Part shown: one piece after another, positions 48,279 through 52,189 of the stretch
Numbering within the stretch: the first letter of the stretch is position 1
How the letters are laid out: each line of letters starts with the position of its first letter
Assembly (NCBI GenBank): GCA_003427395.1
Contig: BFEA01000041.1
Coordinates: forward strand, 4,372,345 to 4,424,533
Length of the DNA stretch: 52,189 nucleotides
From: Chara braunii
Lineage: Eukaryota; Plantae; Charophyceae
Direction of reading: 5' to 3'
Made by a program: the position numbers and the translations under genes
Notes under the pieces: model-generated
The model's database searches: none
The model's input: only the letters and a program-made list of their open reading frames with translations
Told to the model about the DNA's origin: nothing

Positions 48279-51200
48279 TGCCGGTCTGTTAGAAGAACTT
48301 TGAGAAACCATCGGTGGACTATTAGCAACAAAAACTGATTTTCTCCTTTCGCATTGCCTATCTGGATGGGACCTCCGGGACCCACTCCGGAAATCAACTT
48401 TTCGACAAACACTGCCTCATGTTCACGTCACGAAAAGCTGCTATGCCTTTTCTTGCCCACTAGCGATAGGGACACAATATGGTGCCTATACAACTTCTGC
48501 AAAACAGTGGGGCACCATTTTTGCCAAAAAAATCCACAGAGTAAGAGTGTGGAGTCCTAGCCTTAATTGACGGTGTATGGTGCCTCTGCACCCCCTGCAA
48601 AACAGTGGGGTACCATTTTCAACCAAAAACTCCTCAGGGAAAGCGTGTGGGTCCCATTCATAATTGATCTTTACTATTTTTTTCAAAATTTCTCTTTTCT
48701 TACGTGAAAGAGAATGTTAGCGTAAGAAATTCTCAACATGGGGAAACTCAAAAATTTGCCTCCCATGCAGGCAGTCAAATGCACAGCAAGAGCCCCTCTC
48801 CCCGTGCAATGGCTGAACCCATCTTCCAACCTGGACCTGCGGTAACATGAACACAGCAAGGAGGGGGGGGATCGGAGCAACCACAAGGCAGGAGGCGAGG
48901 AAAACAACTGAATGCAGGTCAGTACCCACCATCATGTCTGGGCCCAGAAGGGACAACCACTGCGACCACACCGACAGGTAACTCCTCCCGTGTACACTGG
49001 GCTCAAAAGATTCAATAGTGGTGGGACAAGGGCCAGAGCACAGTAAGCACCAAAGCCCAGAATGCAAAATCCAAGGCTGGTCCTGCAACAGAAAAGCCCC
49101 ACGAGGTGCCACTCATGGTGATCATTCCTGGAGTCACAATTCGAGGTACTATCCCCCCCTCTGCTGGTGGGCCCTCTGACTGAAAGGGGGACCTCACAGC
49201 AAGGGGGGAACCGATACATGGTACAATCTAAGAGATGGTTGTAGACACAAGCATCAAGTCTCAATCTCCAAAAAGAACAAGACCGCAAGCTTTTGAAGAG
49301 GAATACACAAACCAACAGCACGGTGATGGTACGGTTTCTCATCAGCAGAAATCTGACAGCAACCCGTGTGTTGCTACGCCTCTACTCTTCTAATCCGCGA
49401 CTCAAGGACCCTCCTTGCCTCTCCTTGTGAATGAACATGGTGGATACTCGATCCCATATGCTTCCGTAGACAGCCCCCCTGTTAAACCTTGCTGCAGGTC
49501 TGGTACAGAACGGGTTCGCAGTCGGACCGGTTCCCAACCACCCGCACCTGCAGTTCAACAAGATCGGTGCCTCAGGGAAAATTTACCCCATGCATGCTCT
49601 TTGTCTGAACGGAATGCTAATCCCAGGGGTAAATCCTTCAGAAGCAGGAAAAGGCTTCTACGGGGCCCCTCTGAGGTGGTTCAAACCCAGCAGTGAAGAG
49701 CGGGGGATCTCGGTGTTAGGTGATGACATGTGTGGCGAAAATTTGCCTCCTGCAGCAGTGTCCCTGGCATAGCTCTGCACACCATGGTTAACGTGGGGGG
49801 CGGGAATTTTTTTTTATTTTTAATTTCTTTTTTTTTAAGGGTGATGATCTAGAGATATCCACAGGTGACTGACCCCAGGTAATTCCAGATCATTATCATA
49901 CATATTTTTGTAGATGTCATGCTGTTATTGTTACGCGCTGCTCCCCACTAATAGGTTGGAGCGTTGTTCCCAAAAAAACGGAAAAAAATTGTAGATGATA
50001 TGTCATGATTGTTGGCTACTGATTCTGTTACGAACGGTTTCCAGTTTTTTCTTAGACGTCATGCCTAGATTGTTGGCTCTTGAATATATTGATCAAGGGA
50101 AATATAATACTGGTGGGAGAAGATTGCAAATCTTTGTCACTGCTCTGACAGTGTAGGCCCAAAATTTTATGGGCCGGTGCTCCGGGGTTAGGGAATCCAA
50201 GAGGTCTGACAAAATAGGTTCACAGGCAATGGTGTTTTAATCCACGCCTGTTTTCGTTTTTTTTTCCCTTCTTGAAACATCAACCTGGCGGGCCCCACTT
50301 CGGGGGTTGATATGAGCAACCCCCTGTAATAGTTCCCGTATTGATGACTCCGGTCCATGGGTGGGGAGTTACATCTGCTGGAAACCGGGTCAAGTGTCCC
50401 AATTTGCATACGGCAATCAGCTTATTGCCTTGCTGGTCCCCATATCAGTTTGCACTTTCCCCTTCCTCTATGTCTATGGTTCCTCTGTAGCACTCAATAT
50501 CCCCCAGCAGGAGCCAAAAAACTCCCCTTTTTGCTGCTTATCCCCACCACTTCCTGCGTACTTCTCTCACTCTTGTAGCAAGGTGCCAATCAGTCTGCTG
50601 TCAGATGATGATGGTCTCTTTCTCCCCTAACTCAGGCTACTTCCCAGTTGGATAGGCAGGCTGACTTGCTGGGTTGGTGGAGGGTACTGTGTGCAGAGGA
50701 GTGGGAGAGGGACAAGGAGGAATGCAGGGTGGGCGGGTGAGTGGGTTGCGGGGCTAGATGAGGGCTTGCGAGAGGAACAGGATTGTCAGAACAGGTTTTG
50801 TTGTTGTCAATTTTTGGTCATAGATTTTCTGAGCTTTACAGATGGGAAGTATGCGGCATTCACCTGTGGGAGGATGGAGTTCGGTTCTTGATAGGGCACG
50901 TGGAAGTGATGCAGAGGAAGTCTCTGCCAGGCGGGTTCTGTCACTACCCACCCTTTCCACTTCAGAGTATTATCTTCATCGAAGGGTTTTCGCTTGTCGA
51001 CCCATACTGCTTAAAATGTCTCAACAATTACCTTTGTTGCTTCCTGTTCTGCTGTGTCCTGAAGATCTTTTTTCGTTTTCTTTCTTTCATTGATTTCCTC
51101 CTTGGCCTGCGGGAAGCCAAAGAATTATTTAGTACGTTCACGGGTGGTCTTCTGTTTTTTCCAGAATGCCTGTGCTTCTTTCATGGTGGTACCATTAAAA

Positions 51201-52189
51201 TCTCTGGCAGCCACAAGCCTCCTTTCCATATTCCCTGGATACATTGGTCTTTAGAGCTCACAAAAGACTGGTTTAGATCTCGAAGGGTCCTAGAAATAGC
51301 TTAGCAATCTATCCTTGTCAAGAATAGAAGAGTACTAAATCTTCAATAGCTGTTCATATGGCATCTGACATGTTGGTACATGCATTGCCATACATGCAGC
51401 ATTCCAGAGAAACTGACGTGGACTGAAGCAGCGTGATATGAAGAGGCCAGCGAGTGTATCATTGCTTTATATGGCGGAATAGGACAGGTTAGCCCTTCCA
51501 CGTGTCGAATGTAGGAGAGAGCATTAGATCTTTTGGAGGTTCTTGTCCAAAAAGAACAAAATTCAATTCATACAGGTGCTGCATGGTTGCGGCAGGCACG
51601 TGAATGTAGCTGTGGTTTTGGGGCAGATTCAGGCTGGGGTCTCTGGTAGACTTGGTGATTTTCTGGCAAAGTACTGCAATTTGAAAAGTTATTGAATTGT
51701 ACTTTCATCTGCAATTTGCTGTCATGCCTTCCAAACCAACAGCAGTACTAACCAACTCCCGACAGTGGACCAGTACTTGGCCTGGTTCTGAGCTGGAGGT
51801 TTCACACAACAGTTGCTCAGGTACATCTGTTGTATGGACAACCTTTATGAGACTGGCAAAATGGGCCAAACTCTGTCGGTACACCCATTTTATTTGAGAG
51901 TCATCACCCCCTTTCTGATCCAAAGAAAAAAAACCTTATCATATAGTAGGACCAAGCACCAGTGGCGCTTTGCTCGCATAAGTCCTATGGTACACAGAAC
52001 TTATCATACGGCGAGACTGAGTGCCACTGGGGCTTAAATCACCACTGCCCAAGAAGCGGAGTTTCCGACTGGGGAATTTTATGCAGCCTTGAGCACAGAT
52101 GCAGAAAGTTTTGCGATGCCCTTGCAGGTGAAGGGGCAGAGGACGCTCAGGTTTAAGATTCGCAAGGGGCCAGATAGATGGTAGGGATT

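Noticed and set aside
50400-52189. Possible LINE ORF2 remnant
   Set aside because: It looks like decayed coding sequence, but no motif was recognisable enough to call.

Overview
Repeat-dense, gene-poor nuclear DNA from a green plant lineage. The 18S, U6, tRNA-Asn, RPL17/UBA52 and petB sequences are plant-type; a non-angiosperm streptophyte such as a charophyte is my inference. I find no intact host protein-coding gene, and the only clearly functional gene is tRNA-Asn(GTT). The rest is a mosaic: (i) a decayed Penelope-like RT element with a mutated type I hammerhead ribozyme in its 3' region; (ii) two identical, apparently very young 122-bp (TA)n-tailed mini-elements, each starting with an intact type III hammerhead core and ending in a 3' stem-loop; (iii) a ~11-kb cluster of retroposed or duplicated cellular RNAs (full-length UBA52 cDNA with TSD, RPL17 retrocopy, five U6 copies, two 18S rRNA fragments), followed by a plastid petB fragment captured between duplicated segments; (iv) many PIF/Harbinger-, Tc1/pogo- and hAT-like MITEs, solo-LTR-like segments, a Ty3/gypsy pol remnant and a LINE 3' end. 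The best candidate for an undescribed system is the hammerhead-headed, TA-flanked mini-retroelement, with a hint that its mobiliser writes (TA)n de novo on both sides of insertions.
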